From contig NC_043014.1 in the NCBI RefSeq assembly GCF_006345805.1, positions 27,590,001 through 27,654,000 of the forward strand: a stretch of 64,000 bases of DNA. The letters are read 5' to 3'. The DNA comes from Octopus sinensis (taxonomy: Eukaryota). Below are positions 25,480 to 38,375 of the stretch, piece after piece. Numbering within the stretch: the stretch's first letter is position 1; each line of letters begins with the position of its first letter. Made by a program: the position numbers and the translations under genes. Under the pieces are notes generated by a model. The model saw only the letters and a program-made list of their open reading frames with translations, had not been told where the DNA came from and did no database searches.

Positions 25480-25915
25480 CAAACGAAGGAAAATGTCGTA
25501 TCTATATTCAAAACTAATAGAAAGGTACCATTTGCTACGATAAATCAGTTAGAGGAAGAATTAGACAGACTAGAGGAGATGGCAATTATTCAAAAAGTAG
25601 ATTATTCTAAGTGGGCAGCACCAACTGTGTGTATTAAAAAAAAAAATAACAAAATAAAGATGTATGCCATTTTTTCTACTGGTTTGAATGACTGTCTAAA
25701 AATGTGCCACTATCCACTGCCTACTCTGGAGGATTTTTTTTCAAAATTAAATGGTGGCAAAATATTTTCAAAACTGGATCTGTCTGATGCGTTTTTGCAA
25801 ATTATAGTAGATGAGGAGTGCTTGAAGCTTCTAACAGTGAATATGCACAGAAGACTATATAAATATAATAGATTGCCATTTGGTCTGAAGGTCACACTTG
25901 CAATATTTCAGATCC
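25480..25915 (+). mobile_element. Isolated Gypsy (Mag-like) RT fragment
   Basis: WAAPTV.IKK...YPLPT.ED.F.KLNGGKIFSKLDLSDAFLQ...YKYNRLPFG in ORF 25579..25932; truncated before YxDD. Confidence 0.8.
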
Positions 25916-26330
25916 CACCCCTACTATTTTAAAATAGGAAGGGTATATTGAACAATAGCCATGATCAACCAGTTCAGTTAGTGAACTACTGCTGTCATCT
26001 GAAGTCGCAGCATGTACAGATGAGATATTTCTGCTGATGGAAGACCATTGTGGCTGAAAACCCAAGCCCAACATTTATGCAGTATCGTTCGATCGGGATG
26101 TCTGGAAGAGGTACACTGGTCTAGACAAATCACCTGACCAGATGATGATGAAAAGAGAAACAAGCTTATCATGGTTGGGATGCCTTGATCATCTGCTTCT
26201 TCAGGGCTGGCCTGGAGCTGAACAGCTACAGCATCCTTACTCTTGCTGTCATCCATCTATGGTCACATGGGAAAAATATGTAATCTTACTTTTAAATAGC
26301 AATGTAAAAGAAAGCAGAAATATTTCTTAC

Positions 26331-26466
26331 AAGTACAGTGTATGTTTTATCTTGCTCAATACAAAATGTTTCTTGCTGCAAAGGTAAAACTATCCCTGGA
26401 ACAAATTCAGATTGCTTGATGGTAGGACCTTGAATACAGCAAGTATGAAGTCTTTTCACATCAAGT
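26331..26466 (-). CDS. BBS12: BBS12-like exon (RLDVKRLHTCCIQGPTIKQSEFVPGIVL...)
   Basis: ttgtag| acceptor, |GTAAGA donor, 136 nt, phase 2-0. Resembles human [25 protein letters not shown]. Confidence 0.85.
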
Positions 26467-26569
26467 CTACAACAATAACAAAACATGAGATAAATTAATA
26501 AAAAGATTAACAATTTACAGTAATGATGGAAAAAAAATTAAATAATAACAATCACAAAATTTAACATAC

Positions 26570-27552
26570 CGAATGTTTTTTTCTTGGTAAGATAAATGTT
26601 TGTTCTGATATTTTAGTGCCTCTATCACAAAATCTTCAATTTCTGTATGTGCCCCATGGCAAAATGCTTGAACCAAACCTTTAACTTTTTGCCAAATATC
26701 AGTGAAGTTAATATCATGAAAATTTTCAAGTCTTGAAGGAGAGGAATTTTTTTCACTTTCATCTAAAATTAATATTTCCTTAAATTCATCACACAATTTA
26801 GTATTGACTGCATTAGTAGCAGAATCATAATTTACAGAACAGATTTTGCTACTGCTTAAGGGATTAAGGTGTTGACTGAACCTAAGATGAGGAAATGACT
26901 CAGGAATTCTAGATTTTTGAAGCTTGGATTTTATATAGTCCTCTACATAGTTTTCTAACCAATTTTCTCTAGCAGAACTTGCTGTGGTAGTATGACTAGT
27001 TGAACAGTTATTACTGTTTGATGGAATTGGTGAATATACAGATGAATGCTTTGTAAAGAATTGTGTTTCTTTAATGCTATGTTTGGTTACATCTCTAAAA
27101 GATGAAATTTGATCAAAGCAATGGGAAAAATCATCATCATCATCATCATTAGGAGAAAATACTTTCTTCTCGGGTTTATCAGAATTTATAATGTTGTTCT
27201 CTAAATTTATTTTATTCAAATGTTCATGAAATTCAGGATCTGAGTTGTTCAATTCTGTAGGCTCTTCCAAACTCTCTAGGACAGACTTTGTAGCTGTATC
27301 TTGAAAAAACCAGCTGACATCAGATGTATGCTCAGTCAGAGATAGAACTGAAAAATTAGTAGTTGGCTGAAGTACATTTGGAAGGCTGGATGAATTTTCA
27401 GGCTGGTCAATTTGTGAACTTCTAACAAATGGAGTTTTGTGGCTTGATGGTTCCAAAAACTTGTCGACAGAATATGTCAAGGTATCTACATATTGAATAC
27501 AGTTTTCTATGGTGCTCCTTAATGCTGATGTGATTAAGTATATTGAGATGCC
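26570..27552 (-). CDS. BBS12: BBS12-like large exon including a long S/D/N-rich insertion
   Basis: ccaacag|GGC acceptor, |GTATGT donor, 983 nt, phase 0-2, open throughout (contains ORF 26515..27480). Starts GISIYLITSALRSTIENC (human GVPISIIVSVMSEGLNFC); ends LVQAFCHGAHTEIEDFVIEALKYQ (human [23 protein letters not shown]). Confidence 0.85.
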
Positions 27553-30353
27553 CTGTTGGAGAAAAAAATAAAATACAGATGTGGAGTATTACTCAGAGAA
27601 GATATACAGAAACATAAGCATGAGTGCTTGAGAGTGAGTGCATTCCTCTCTCCTACACACGCACACATACAATAAACAACAGCTAGTTACTCAGAATACT
27701 GTTCTAATGGTTGATGGCAACAGCTAGCATGGGTAGGCTACTGAATGTTTGATCCAAAGGAAAAAGAAAGCTTAGTATATAGTAGAGAAAAGCTAAAGAT
27801 GATGGAATCAAAAATATTCAATCTGAATCAAATTATTACTGCTGCCACAACCATTTTACATCTGCTTTTCATACTGGAATGGGCTGGATGGGGTGTCATG
27901 GTATGAATCAGTTCCCATCTGGAATTACTGCCCTCCTACAGGGATTGCAAATTACGTCACATGTATGTTCAATTTTGGGCTCCGTTTCTATGGCATGATG
28001 TCCTTCCTAACACCAACTACTTTTAGAAGGCTAAAGGGTCCTTCCTTCGCTATGTCAAACTCTGTTCATTCAATGATCACTTTACAGAATGTACTGGACT
28101 CATTTATCATGGCACTCGTAATAGAGAAGTTGGTTTGACCCAGACAAATCTAAAGAGTCCTCTATACTCTCATTCAAGGCATCATGACTGAGGGTTGAAT
28201 AAAAGAGAAAGTGATGCAAGAAAGAACCAGGGTAGTAAGAGCAAGAGGGTTATAAAAGAAGTAGTAATAGAAGAGAGGACAGTGATGAGCAAATACATGT
28301 AAGGAGATTGAGTAGACAGCAATGTGATGTAGAAAGAGAGTGTAATAGAAGGGAGGGTTCTAGAAAAGGGAATAATAGAAGTAAGAGTGATATCTGTCAA
28401 AAAAAAAGTAGTAGTTGAGGAAGTAATTTGTGAGAGTGATTGATAGAAGTAAAGATGAGTGATGGTAAGAGAGACAGAGTGAATGAGTCTCAATGAATAG
28501 GTATAGGACAGAGAAATTCTGTTTAGAGAAGCTGGCAACCTAATCCAGTATTCCAACATAGAAAAACAGTGAATACAATGTTGATGATGAGGTGTTGTTG
28601 CATTGTTGCATGCAATTTTGGCTACTTACAGATGTAGCCCAGGTGTGCTAAGCTATCTCCCATTTTCAAAATATTTGGTTAATTGGTTGAGATAGATTTG
28701 AAGAATAAATTATCCATATATCCATCACAGCACAATTGAGCTTTCTTGAGCTCAGATGTTCCACCGCTTAGAGCATCTATAGCTACACTTTTCCTGTATC
28801 AGATTTGTCCACTGGAAGTTTCAAGTTCAACATTGTACATCAATTATACACTCATCATTTACATAGTGTTTCTACCAATGAACTTCCTCTCTACACATGA
28901 TACTAGCATAAAAGCACTGCTCCACTCAAATACTAGCCCCACATTTGGTCAAGAAGGCTTTTTTTGTCTTGAAAGTTACTTGGCAACCTCACTAGTGCCA
29001 GTGGCATGAAAAATGTAACTATTACACACTGTAAATTGGTTGGTGTTAGGAAGTGTGTCCAGCCATAGAAACTATGCCAAAATTAACAATGAAGCTCAAA
29101 TTGTCCCTAGGGCTCACCAAATCCTGTTAAAATGGATGTTAAATGATGATAATGATGATGAGTGTTAATATTGGTTTCAAATTTTGGCACAAGGCCAGCA
29201 ATTTGGAGTTGGGGGTAAGTCAATAACCTTGAACTCATCAACTGGTATTTATTTTATCAATCCTGAAAGGATGAAAGACAAAGTCAACCTCGGCAGAATT
29301 AACATAAAGACACTAATGATTCTGCCAGCTTGCCACCTTATGAAGTGTTAATATTGACAAGACTTTAGTCCTCTTTCCAGCATTTCTGGTAGCACTCAAC
29401 ACAAAAGTGTAGGACAAATAGTTAAAACTAAAATGTTATTGCTCTTGACAAAAATTTTTTTTTTAATGTCTGTTTATTTTACCAAGTCATCATAGGTTAA
29501 ATGGATAATTTTCAATCAAGAAGGGAAGTTTCAATATGTAGAGATGCTTCCCATCATTAATAATTATGAGGAAGCTTCTATACAGTTACACAATCTGTTA
29601 AAAATCCCACTCTCTAAAAGGATAGAATAGACATGACTGAAATGCCCTTGATCATAGATTTCCTCAAAATCAGGACTGACCTAAAGCTAATCAACAATGA
29701 CATCAACAAAAGGTATATCTAATGTATTTATCAAATACTTGAGTCGCTATCTTCCTCTCCTCATTTTGACATAAAAATTCTAGTTTGAAACAATCTACTT
29801 AGAAGGGCTGCCTTCAATGAAATTTCTCATCTTCAAAAACCACAAAGCTCTTTTACAAGAAATGGTAGAAGGTACAATGTAAATATTCTGAAAGCAAATA
29901 GTTTATGAAAACTTTAGCATAAATATTCTATAAAATCAGCATTTCTTAATGTGAAACTAAGAGTTAACACATTTAATTCTTTAGCATTACTCGGTCAAAT
30001 GTAATGCCTATTCATTCATATTGTTTGGAAATTAATTATACATTTCACTGGGCAACAAAAGAGATTTATTGTCTGCTACCATACAAATGGTGCTGTACTA
30101 AACTAAATCGAGTACGCAGATTATGAATCTGAATTCAGAATTGCTGTAGCACATTAAGATTTTGAGTTATGCACATAATTATATATTAATACTTTATTAG
30201 AATTAGGAATAGTTAAGTTCAAGGTAAATAATTATTATAATAGTATATTAGTACTGTATATAGTAAATTTATATTCAAGGCAAATAGTATTATAATATAA
30301 TTGTAAATAGCATATTTATGTTAAGGAAATACTTTATTTTTGATATGCTTAGC

Positions 30354-31175
30354 TCAGAAATGTTTGAGATACTTGCTCTTCCGCTTATGAGTCATGCTGG
30401 TCTGCCGTTGTAGGAACCAGCAGTATTCACCCATCCCGTGTGGGTTGAACCGGCTTTGAAACCTTGTTTCCATCTCAGATATGTCCTGGTGGAACTTCTC
30501 ACCATGCTCATCACTAAGGGCACCAAGATTCATTGGAAAAAAATCAAGATGAGAATGCAAGAAGTGCGTTTTAAGGGACATTCAGCATCTCATTCTTTCG
30601 TATGATGTTAGCATGTTGTTTATTAAATCAACATAATTTTCAGCCCAATGATGTCCAAGAAAGTTCTGTACAATTAACACGAATGAATCCCATGCTGTCA
30701 GCTCAACTAAATTCAGTTTACCTCTGAATTTGCTATCAGATATCAATTCTCTGATCTCAGGTCCAATGAAAATGCCTGCTTTCAGTTTTGCGTCACTTTT
30801 CTCTGCACAAAATTTTTCTTTAAGGTACTGGAAGCCACAACCATTGTGCATCCTTGCTTTTATGAAGTTTCTTACGAGGCTGAGTTTGATGTGAAGAGGA
30901 GGAAGGAAACTCTTGTGCGAATCTACCAGTGGCATATGCTGTACATTGTACTGACCAACTATGTGCCCATCTCTTTTAGGCCAGTCTTTTACAGTGTAAT
31001 GACTGCTGTTGTTGAGGTTGTTCGAAACACACAAGAAGAAGGTATTTTTGGTATGTCCCAGCTGCAGTCCTAGGAGGAGGGAAATCACCTTTAAATTACC
31101 ACAAATATTCCACTTGTGAACTGAGTAGTTAACTCCTTTCAGAATGAGTTCTATCAATTCATAAGTTTCTTCCAT
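30354..31175 (-). mobile_element. Truncated DNA transposase, Sola-like (superfamily name from memory)
   Basis: LPPLHIKL, GIFIGPEIREL, MSLKTHFLHSHLDFFP and SDEHGEKFHQDI motifs in ORFs 30582..31175 and 30354..30581. Confidence 0.7.
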
Positions 31176-31177
31176 AC

Positions 31178-31900
31178 TGACAGAAAATTCAGAGACAATT
31201 GATCATGTTGTTTCTGGTTGCCCAGTCCTTGCTGAAAAGGAGTACCTCATAAGACATGACAGACTAGGGCAGTACATCCACTGGAATGCTTGTAAATACT
31301 ATAAAATAAAATCCCATGATAAGTCATACAAGTACCATCCAGAGGATATAGTAAATGGTGAGGGTGTCACCATCCTTTGGAATATCCCAATACAAACAGA
31401 CAGAAAAATTGACTCCAATTGACCAAACATAGTGACCAAGGACAATAACAGAGAAACTTGTCTGTTAATAGATATGGCTGTCCCACAAGATCAAAATGTC
31501 TCAAGAAAAGAATACAAAAAGCTTTCTCACTATAAAGATCTGAAAATTGAAATCACAAAAATGTGGAAGCTTAGTACTACGATAACACCAGTAGTAATTG
31601 GTGCGTTGGGAATGATAAAGAAGGGAGCCGAGAAGTATTTAAGCAACTCTGGTAACTCCAATCTCTGTGAACTACAAAAGAAATACTTTGATGGGTACAG
31701 CCCATATACTATGGAAAGCACTCTCCATCTAAAATGGAATAAGTGTGGTGATAATTTTAGCATGCATAGCAAAACAAAAGTGGCTTTGTTACTCCTTGCC
31801 TCCAAAGGACGTCTGGTACTATGGCAGCAGAAATAAAGTTATAATGAAAAGAAACCATAAATGATGATGATGATAACAATAATAATAATGATAATAAAAG
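31178..31900 (+). mobile_element. R4/Dong-like non-LTR retrotransposon 3' end (zinc knuckle plus restriction-like endonuclease) ending in (GAT/AAT)n
   Basis: ETIDHVVSGC, RHD, decayed RPD motif, LLIDMAVP, K...YKDL, PVVIGALG. Confidence 0.8.
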
Positions 31901-32472
31901 ATGGGCTACAGCAAATATTCTGCTCAATACCACAGATTTGCTTATCAGTTGTTTGATTGTAACCAGTTGAGCATGTCCTTAGTGGCTGACAGTATGTGCA
32001 TTTCTGATCATGAGCAGAAGTAGTAGGCGAGCATCATAGCCATGTGTTGAGAGGAATTCTTTGGAGCTTGGATAATTCAACTTTGGAAACATGGGTGTTT
32101 CGTTCAACATCCTTAAATATCCATTATTCTGGACCTTTTGAGCAACAACAACAACAACAATAATAAATGCCCTGATGCAATACCAGGCACTGGCTCTCAT
32201 GGCTTCTCATCTTAACTAATTGGAAGTGTTATCAAGTATATTTTGCTTTGATGTAAAAGATAGGCTACAGCAAATATTCTGCTCAATACCACAGATTTGC
32301 TTGTCAGTTGTTTGACCTTAACCAATTGAGCATGTACCTTCGTGGCTGACGATAAGTGCATCTCTGATCACGAGCAGAAGCAGTGGGGGAGCATCATAGC
32401 CATGTGTTGAGAGGAATTCTTTGGGGTTTGAATAATTTGCCTCAGGAAACATGGGTGTTTCATTCAACATCC
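31898..32472 (+). repeat. Two direct copies of a ~220-bp repeat (about 31898-32118 and 32257-32472)
   Basis: Both start AAAGAT(G/A)GGCTACAGCAAATATTCTGCTCAATACCACAG and end ...AACATCCTTAA. Confidence 0.8.
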
Positions 32473-32476
32473 TTAA

Positions 32477-32698
32477 CCCTTTCGTTAGTGTATTTATTTT
32501 GAGATGCTCTGTGTTTCTTTCAATTATTTTAAAATATAACAAAGAATTTAGTAAAATAACTTAGTTATCATTAAGCTAATGTTAGGAACATAAATTGGGA
32601 CTAAGGTTTGGTGGAAGATTTTAATTCAAAACTTATGAAAACAAGGCATTTGTACTATAGAGCCAGAGCTGGTTTCAGTCGGGTTAGTAACAAAAGGG
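32477..32698. mobile_element. piggyBac-type MITE
   Basis: TTAA TSD on both sides; termini CCCTTTCGTTAGT and AGTAACAAAAGGG. Confidence 0.75.
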
Positions 32699-33213
32699 TT
32701 AAACAACCCTTATTCATGGACCTTTTGAGAGGGATAGGTTACTCGGCCTCAAGAAAATTCTAACTAGGCCCCCACCTGCAAGGTCATGTGCTGTATATCT
32801 TGATTTGAGATCATCATGTCATGCACTTATGGTTGTGATGCATGTACCTGGTGTACCCATATCAGATGGGTATATTAGACTTCATATATTTGTACTCCAG
32901 TGTCACTTTGATGGCATGCTCAGTTCTCACACTCAATAATAATAATAATAATAATAATAATAATCCTTTCTATTAAAGGCACAAGGCCTGAAATTTGGTG
33001 GGAGGAGGACTAGTCGATTACATCAACCCCGGTGTTTCACTGGTACTTAATTTATTGACCCTGAAAAGATGAAAGGCAAAGCTGACCTCAGCAGAATTTG
33101 AACTCAGAATGTAAAGATGGGTGAAATGCTGCTAAGCATTTTGCCCAACGTACTAATGATTCTGCCAGCTTTCTGCCTTAATAATAATAAGAGTGACTAG
33201 TGGTCTTATTTAC

Positions 33214-33339
33214 CTGACGTAATAGTTCTGTGCCTATTTGCATCCACTGACCAATAAAATATAAAAGACTTTTAGTCCCACATCCAAATTTTCCATGGTA
33301 CTCTTCACAGCAACCAGAAATTACTTGTGTTATAGGATG
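33214..33339 (-). CDS. BBS12: BBS12-like exon (HPITQVISGCCEEYHGKFGCGTKSLLYFIGQWMQIGTELLRQ)
   Basis: ttttctag| acceptor, |GTAAAT donor, 126 nt, phase 0-0. Equatorial-domain segment resembling human [32 protein letters not shown]. Confidence 0.82.
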
Positions 33340-33720
33340 CTAGAAAAAAGAAAGGAAAGAAAGACATCAAATTACTGTTCTTCAGAGAAATCTGAGAACA
33401 AATAACACATGCAAACACACACAAACAAACAAACATACTCACACGCAATCTTTGATGGATTCTGACTGAAAATTTTATAGCTGAATTAGTAAACGAATTA
33501 GTAAATTAGTAATTTTTTTTTTCCTTCAATAATTTCTGGTGTTGTTTTTATAGAGTGATGCTGGTATTATTACATTTTTTTCCTCAGTTACAATAGAATA
33601 TAACTAATTACCTTGATTAAAAGAAAAATGTAATGACAGTTGTAAGAGTTTAAAGACAGTAGTCAGACATGGTAGTCATTCAATCAAGATGCAATTTTGT
33701 ATGTAAAATCTCAAACATAC

Positions 33721-33799
33721 CTTAGTGTCAATATTCTGGAGAACAACAGCAATGTCTCGAGCAAAAACATGCTTGCTGTCGCAAACTATACACTTGATG
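33721..33799 (-). CDS. BBS12: BBS12-like exon (xIKCIVCDSKHVFARDIAVVLQNIDTK); most 5' exon confidently placed
   Basis: ttttgcag| acceptor, |GTATGT donor, 79 nt, phase 2-0. Resembles human SKFII...SVLISSTVRLLESLDL. The start-codon exon was not resolved. Confidence 0.72.
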
Positions 33800-35799
33800 C
33801 TGCAAAACAAGGAGTTAGGAAAACAAAGTAAAGTTTTTTTGTTTTTTTTTTAATCTGTAAAAGCTGATGAAAATGAATCTCATGGCATTATGCCCTACAG
33901 GGAGATGACAAAGAGGAATGCAAAGAAGGGAGAGTCCTGTGTTAGAAAGGATCCATCCAACCCGTACAAGTATAGAAAAGTGAGCTTCAATATGATTTAA
34001 GGTGTGTGTGTGTGTGTGTGTGTGTTTGAGAGAGAGAGAGAGAGAGATTAGACAGAATTGATGAGTCAAATGTTTTCATTTACTACAGAAAACTCTGCCT
34101 GGTATTCAAGGTGAGTTGGGATAGTAAAAACATGAGTATGTTTCAACTAGACATGTACAAATAAAGAACATATTATAATAGGTGCTTTCACAAAAAATGT
34201 AAGAGTGTGCAAAGTTTTTCAAGTTGTGATGTAAGAAACCAGTGATTCAGAATCTTTACTAAGTCTTACAATACTGCAAGCCTCTTGACCTGCTGGAAAC
34301 TGCTGTCAGATCTTCGTCAGATTGCACCCTGCTATTTAGATACAGGAGACATATTAGATAAACTGTATCTGAATAAAAGAAAATATGATTACAAGTAGAT
34401 TTCTGTACTCTTTCACATTGGTCAGCAATTAACACGAAATTTGTCATTCACAGCTTGATAAGAATGAATTCATTCTTATACTAGGACAGCATATGGCACA
34501 AATGCTGGTATACATGATACTTGGTCAAGCCAGAATTAAATGAATAAAGTCACATAAAGCAGCATTGAATAAAATATATTTGTGTTAAGTCATATTTAAC
34601 ACACTCAAGCACACTTGAACATGGGAAGACCCTACACTGCAGAAATAGACCCAGGAAAAAATTTTCAAATTTGATGTTTGTAGATGACAATGCATAAGAA
34701 CACAGAAACATATGCATCCAACAATCCAATGAAGTCATTCACAGCCCAACGTTTTCACACGTGTTGTCTAGGACAGGATACGTATACATATATGTGTATA
34801 TTACAATACACACATATCAGTCAAGTAGAATGTAATAAAAAAAAACTATTGTATATGTGTCTGTGTGTACAATCTATGCATGTTTGTATGTGTATATATA
34901 TATATATATATTTGTGTATATACATTCAGATACCCAACACATGTATTATATGACCCATTTCCTTTAATTTATTGGAATATGATTATGTATATGTACACAT
35001 ATGCACAATGACATCAAACTGTGAATTTAAGTATATATCTTTGCAATATAAATATACATATAAATTTATGAGTCTTGTGTAGTATATATCACTAATGATT
35101 AATGATGATAATTTTTATGCAGATTGACCAATGTGCAGAAGTTGAAGGTAGAATTCTAATGAATCAGTTAATTCCAAGTTCAAATCATATTTAAGAATGG
35201 AATAGCTTTGAGCCTTTAAATGAGTTTGATGTGTCTAACAGATTTTTCAGCATTTTTTATACCAAATAACATAAAATTCATAGGACAGAATGGACTAGGC
35301 AGTGCAGGATACATATGGGTAGAAAGAGCCACTGCAGAGGTCACAGATGTGTAACAACTTGGCAAGAAAAAAATTGATAAAATAATGATCATCCCAAAAT
35401 ATAACAACACTAGCCTAAGGTGACCAGCTCTATGCACGGGTAAGAGTGTGGTTGTTACTTTCTGTTGCTTCCTTTCAGTTTTTAATCACCACATTCTCCC
35501 TCTTTGTTTCTCTCTCACTTTCCCACTCTCTTACTCTTCCTTTCTCTCGGACTCTCCCTCACTTTCTCTTGCTCTTTATCTTTCTCTATCTATCTTTCTC
35601 CAACAAAAGATCTTGAGTAAGTTGAGAAAGGAAATATTTTGAAAGATCAATCATAAATATCAGGCAGTAGCAACGGAAAGGTCTGCTTCAAAGCAGACAG
35701 CAAAACACTAACATTTAAAAGGGACAGACGAACTTGCGAGCTGAATAAAAATAAAAGAATATTGGAAACCAAAGTTTGAAGGGATAGAATCTGAGGATA

Positions 35800-36050
35800 G
35801 CAGAGTCACCATGGCTGGCATTTCTTAACGATGGACAACAACGTAGTGGCAGTTTAACGGCTGGCGTAAAATTTTGAACTTGATGTAAAAGAAAATTCCT
35901 AAACACCAAGTTTTGAAGTGATTCTTTCTCACGACAGTAGACTCACCATGGCAAGCATTCAAAACTTCTATATCATGGATGACAACACATTGAAGATTTA
36001 AAGGCTGGCGCAAATTTTTTAGCTTGATGTAACAGAGAATTCCTAAACAC
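35800..36050 (+). repeat. Diverged ~140-bp tandem dimer
   Basis: TCACCATGGC...GGCTGGCG.AAA.TTT..CTTGATGTAA..A.AATTCCTAAACACC occurs twice. Confidence 0.65.
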
Positions 36051-37039
36051 CCACTCCTGTAAATTTTAATCCCCTTCCAGCCCCATTTAGACCCCTTTTC
36101 ACATTTTGGTTAATATAATCCGATTTCATTCGGGTCTACTCGGGCCACATTTTATAAGATGAGGAATTTGAAAAAATAGTTGCCATGCAAACTCGCCAGC
36201 ACTTTTAACATAGGTGTGCATATTTTCAGCTCAACTGACCACATAATGCACACATTATATATATATATATATATATATATGCATTATATATACAAATTAT
36301 ATATATATATACATATTTATATATAGAACACACACACACACCTATATAAATTAACCCAATAAATATCTGATTCATAATATTTGTTCTCATGATTGTGTGA
36401 TGCCGTTGGCGATAATAATTCTCTCTATGAATGCAGAGAGAGAGAGAGGATGTGGAAGAAAGAGTGAATGCGGCGGGGGAAAGATAGTAGACACTGTCAA
36501 ATAACGTTATAGAGAGAAAGTGAAAGGAAGGGAGGAAAGAGAGAGAGAGAGAAGGAGAAAGACAGACACATAAAAGAATGAGAGTAGACTTGTCAAAGTG
36601 TGCGTTTTTGGCCCTAGCAATGACACCTTTTAAGATGGGGATTTCTAACCTAGCCCACTCGCATCCTCACCTCATTTTACATGTCCCTGTAAATTTTGGA
36701 GTCAATCCGACGGGATTTAGTGCCCTTTAACCCGTTCTAATGCCAAAACCAGACAAACTTTTTGCATTTCAGAATTATAATATAGAGATAAAATTCATTT
36801 TCCATTAAAAAATAGCTTAGGCTTTACACTCTAATTGATAATTTTCATATTTCTTTTAGTTTTAGTATTTTTTACTTAAATCTTGTCAGTTCCCTAAATG
36901 TGAAGTGCATACACACATATATATCATTATCATCATTTTATATTCAGTTTTTATGCCTATATATATATATACAAAACTTCAATTGAGATAGCTGGTCCCT
37001 CTGTTGAGTCCAAATTAAACAAACATTCCTTCTAGCATG

Positions 37040-38150
37040 CATTCTCAACACTTAGTAGCTTTTCATAATGGGATTTCCAAGATTTGCAGAATCACTAACT
37101 GCAAGTGAACCATCATCCATGCTAACACATTTCTCTTCTACAACATCACAATATGTCTTGCAATTTGAAACACCTCAAGCCTCAGGTCCTCGTGCTGCAG
37201 AACATTAGCAAACTCTTCCTTTCTGCTTCTTGCTTAGCTAAATATACCTGTCTCCTAACTTCCCTTCAAGCTACTTGATATAATTCTCTGCTGTCACCAC
37301 TCTTTCCAGGCCTGTTTCTTCTTTCTCATGGCCCTGTCTACTTTGCTGTTCCTCCACCATGTCACTTCATGATTGGGGGACAACTTTGCACCAGCCACCA
37401 ATTTGGTCAATGGCCCTCTTTAAGTTGTCCTCTATATTATGTGTTACTATCTCTTCCTTTTTCTTGTCAAATGCTTCAGTTAGAACGTCTCTAAATCTCT
37501 GACTGTTCAGCGGATTCTTAAGCTACCAGATCTTTCTTTTCCAGACTGGTTTGCTTTTTGGCACCATTCTAGTCCAGAGTCTGAAGTTACAAATGACTAA
37601 TCTATGTTGAGCGGTGCACCCTTCACTTGGAAAGGACTTTTATATTTATATGCAATTGTTTTTCCTGCTTTTTGGTGACAATGTAGTCGATCTGGCTTAT
37701 GTGGTCATCAGAGTGATAGGTGAAAAGGTGACTAGTTGTTTTCCTGAAGTTAGTATCGCAGATCATAAAGTCATTTACATCACAGAACTCCAACAGCCTA
37801 GTTACCTTCTCACTGTGGGAACCAACTCCATAGCCACCTGGATGCTGCACAACATGCCCATTGAAATCACCAGCCACAAAGAGGTCAGTCATTTGTCAAC
37901 ACAGCAGTCTGCAAAAGGGTGCCATAAAATTGATTCTTCTGTTTGTATGGCAGTCCCAGATGAGGGGCAAAGGCAGAAATAATAGTTGCTTTGCAAAACT
38001 AGTCTAGGCTTAAGTATCCTATCACACACTGACTACTTCAATGACATTATCAACCTTTTCTCAGCAACAAGTATGCCCACACCACCTTACTCCTTGGATA
38101 CAACACACCTCTACATTCCAGCATCTCAATAATTTCACCAGACCTACCTT
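37040..38150 (-). mobile_element. Degenerate RTE LINE endonuclease region; an overlapping second copy lies at 39780-40105
   Basis: AGDFNGHV...RLLEFCD.ND..IC.TNFRK...SQIDYI (ORF 37623..37892); GVDILLAEKWVD (ORF 39781..40041). Confidence 0.75.
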
Positions 38151-38331
38151 TCAATGTGTGCCAACTGTAAGGATGAGGAAGGGGTGGCAAGGAAGAACAC
38201 AGAGATAGGGGACAGCATATATATATATATATAATAAATATTAGGGAATAAATCCAAATTTACAGGGAAAAAATCAGATTTAGGATTAAATCCAATTTTA
38301 TAGTAAAATATTATATAATATTTGACTCTAA

Positions 38332-38371
<40 letters not shown>

Positions 38372-38375
38372 CATA

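Noticed and set aside
28182-28559. 125-aa S/T/L/I-rich ORF
   Set aside because: Purine/pyrimidine-biased low-complexity intronic sequence; the BBS12 exon chain is complete without it.
34270-34368. Candidate BBS12 N-terminal exon (...AVSSRSRGLQY)
   Set aside because: Good splice sites, but no in-frame ATG and its phase-1 end does not match the phase-2 start at 33799. An alternative at about 34630-34720 (NFFLGL) has a poor donor. Left unassigned.
35800-36050. Regularly spaced repeats as a CRISPR-like array
   Set aside because: Only two diverged ~140-bp units with no repeat-spacer pattern, in a eukaryotic context.
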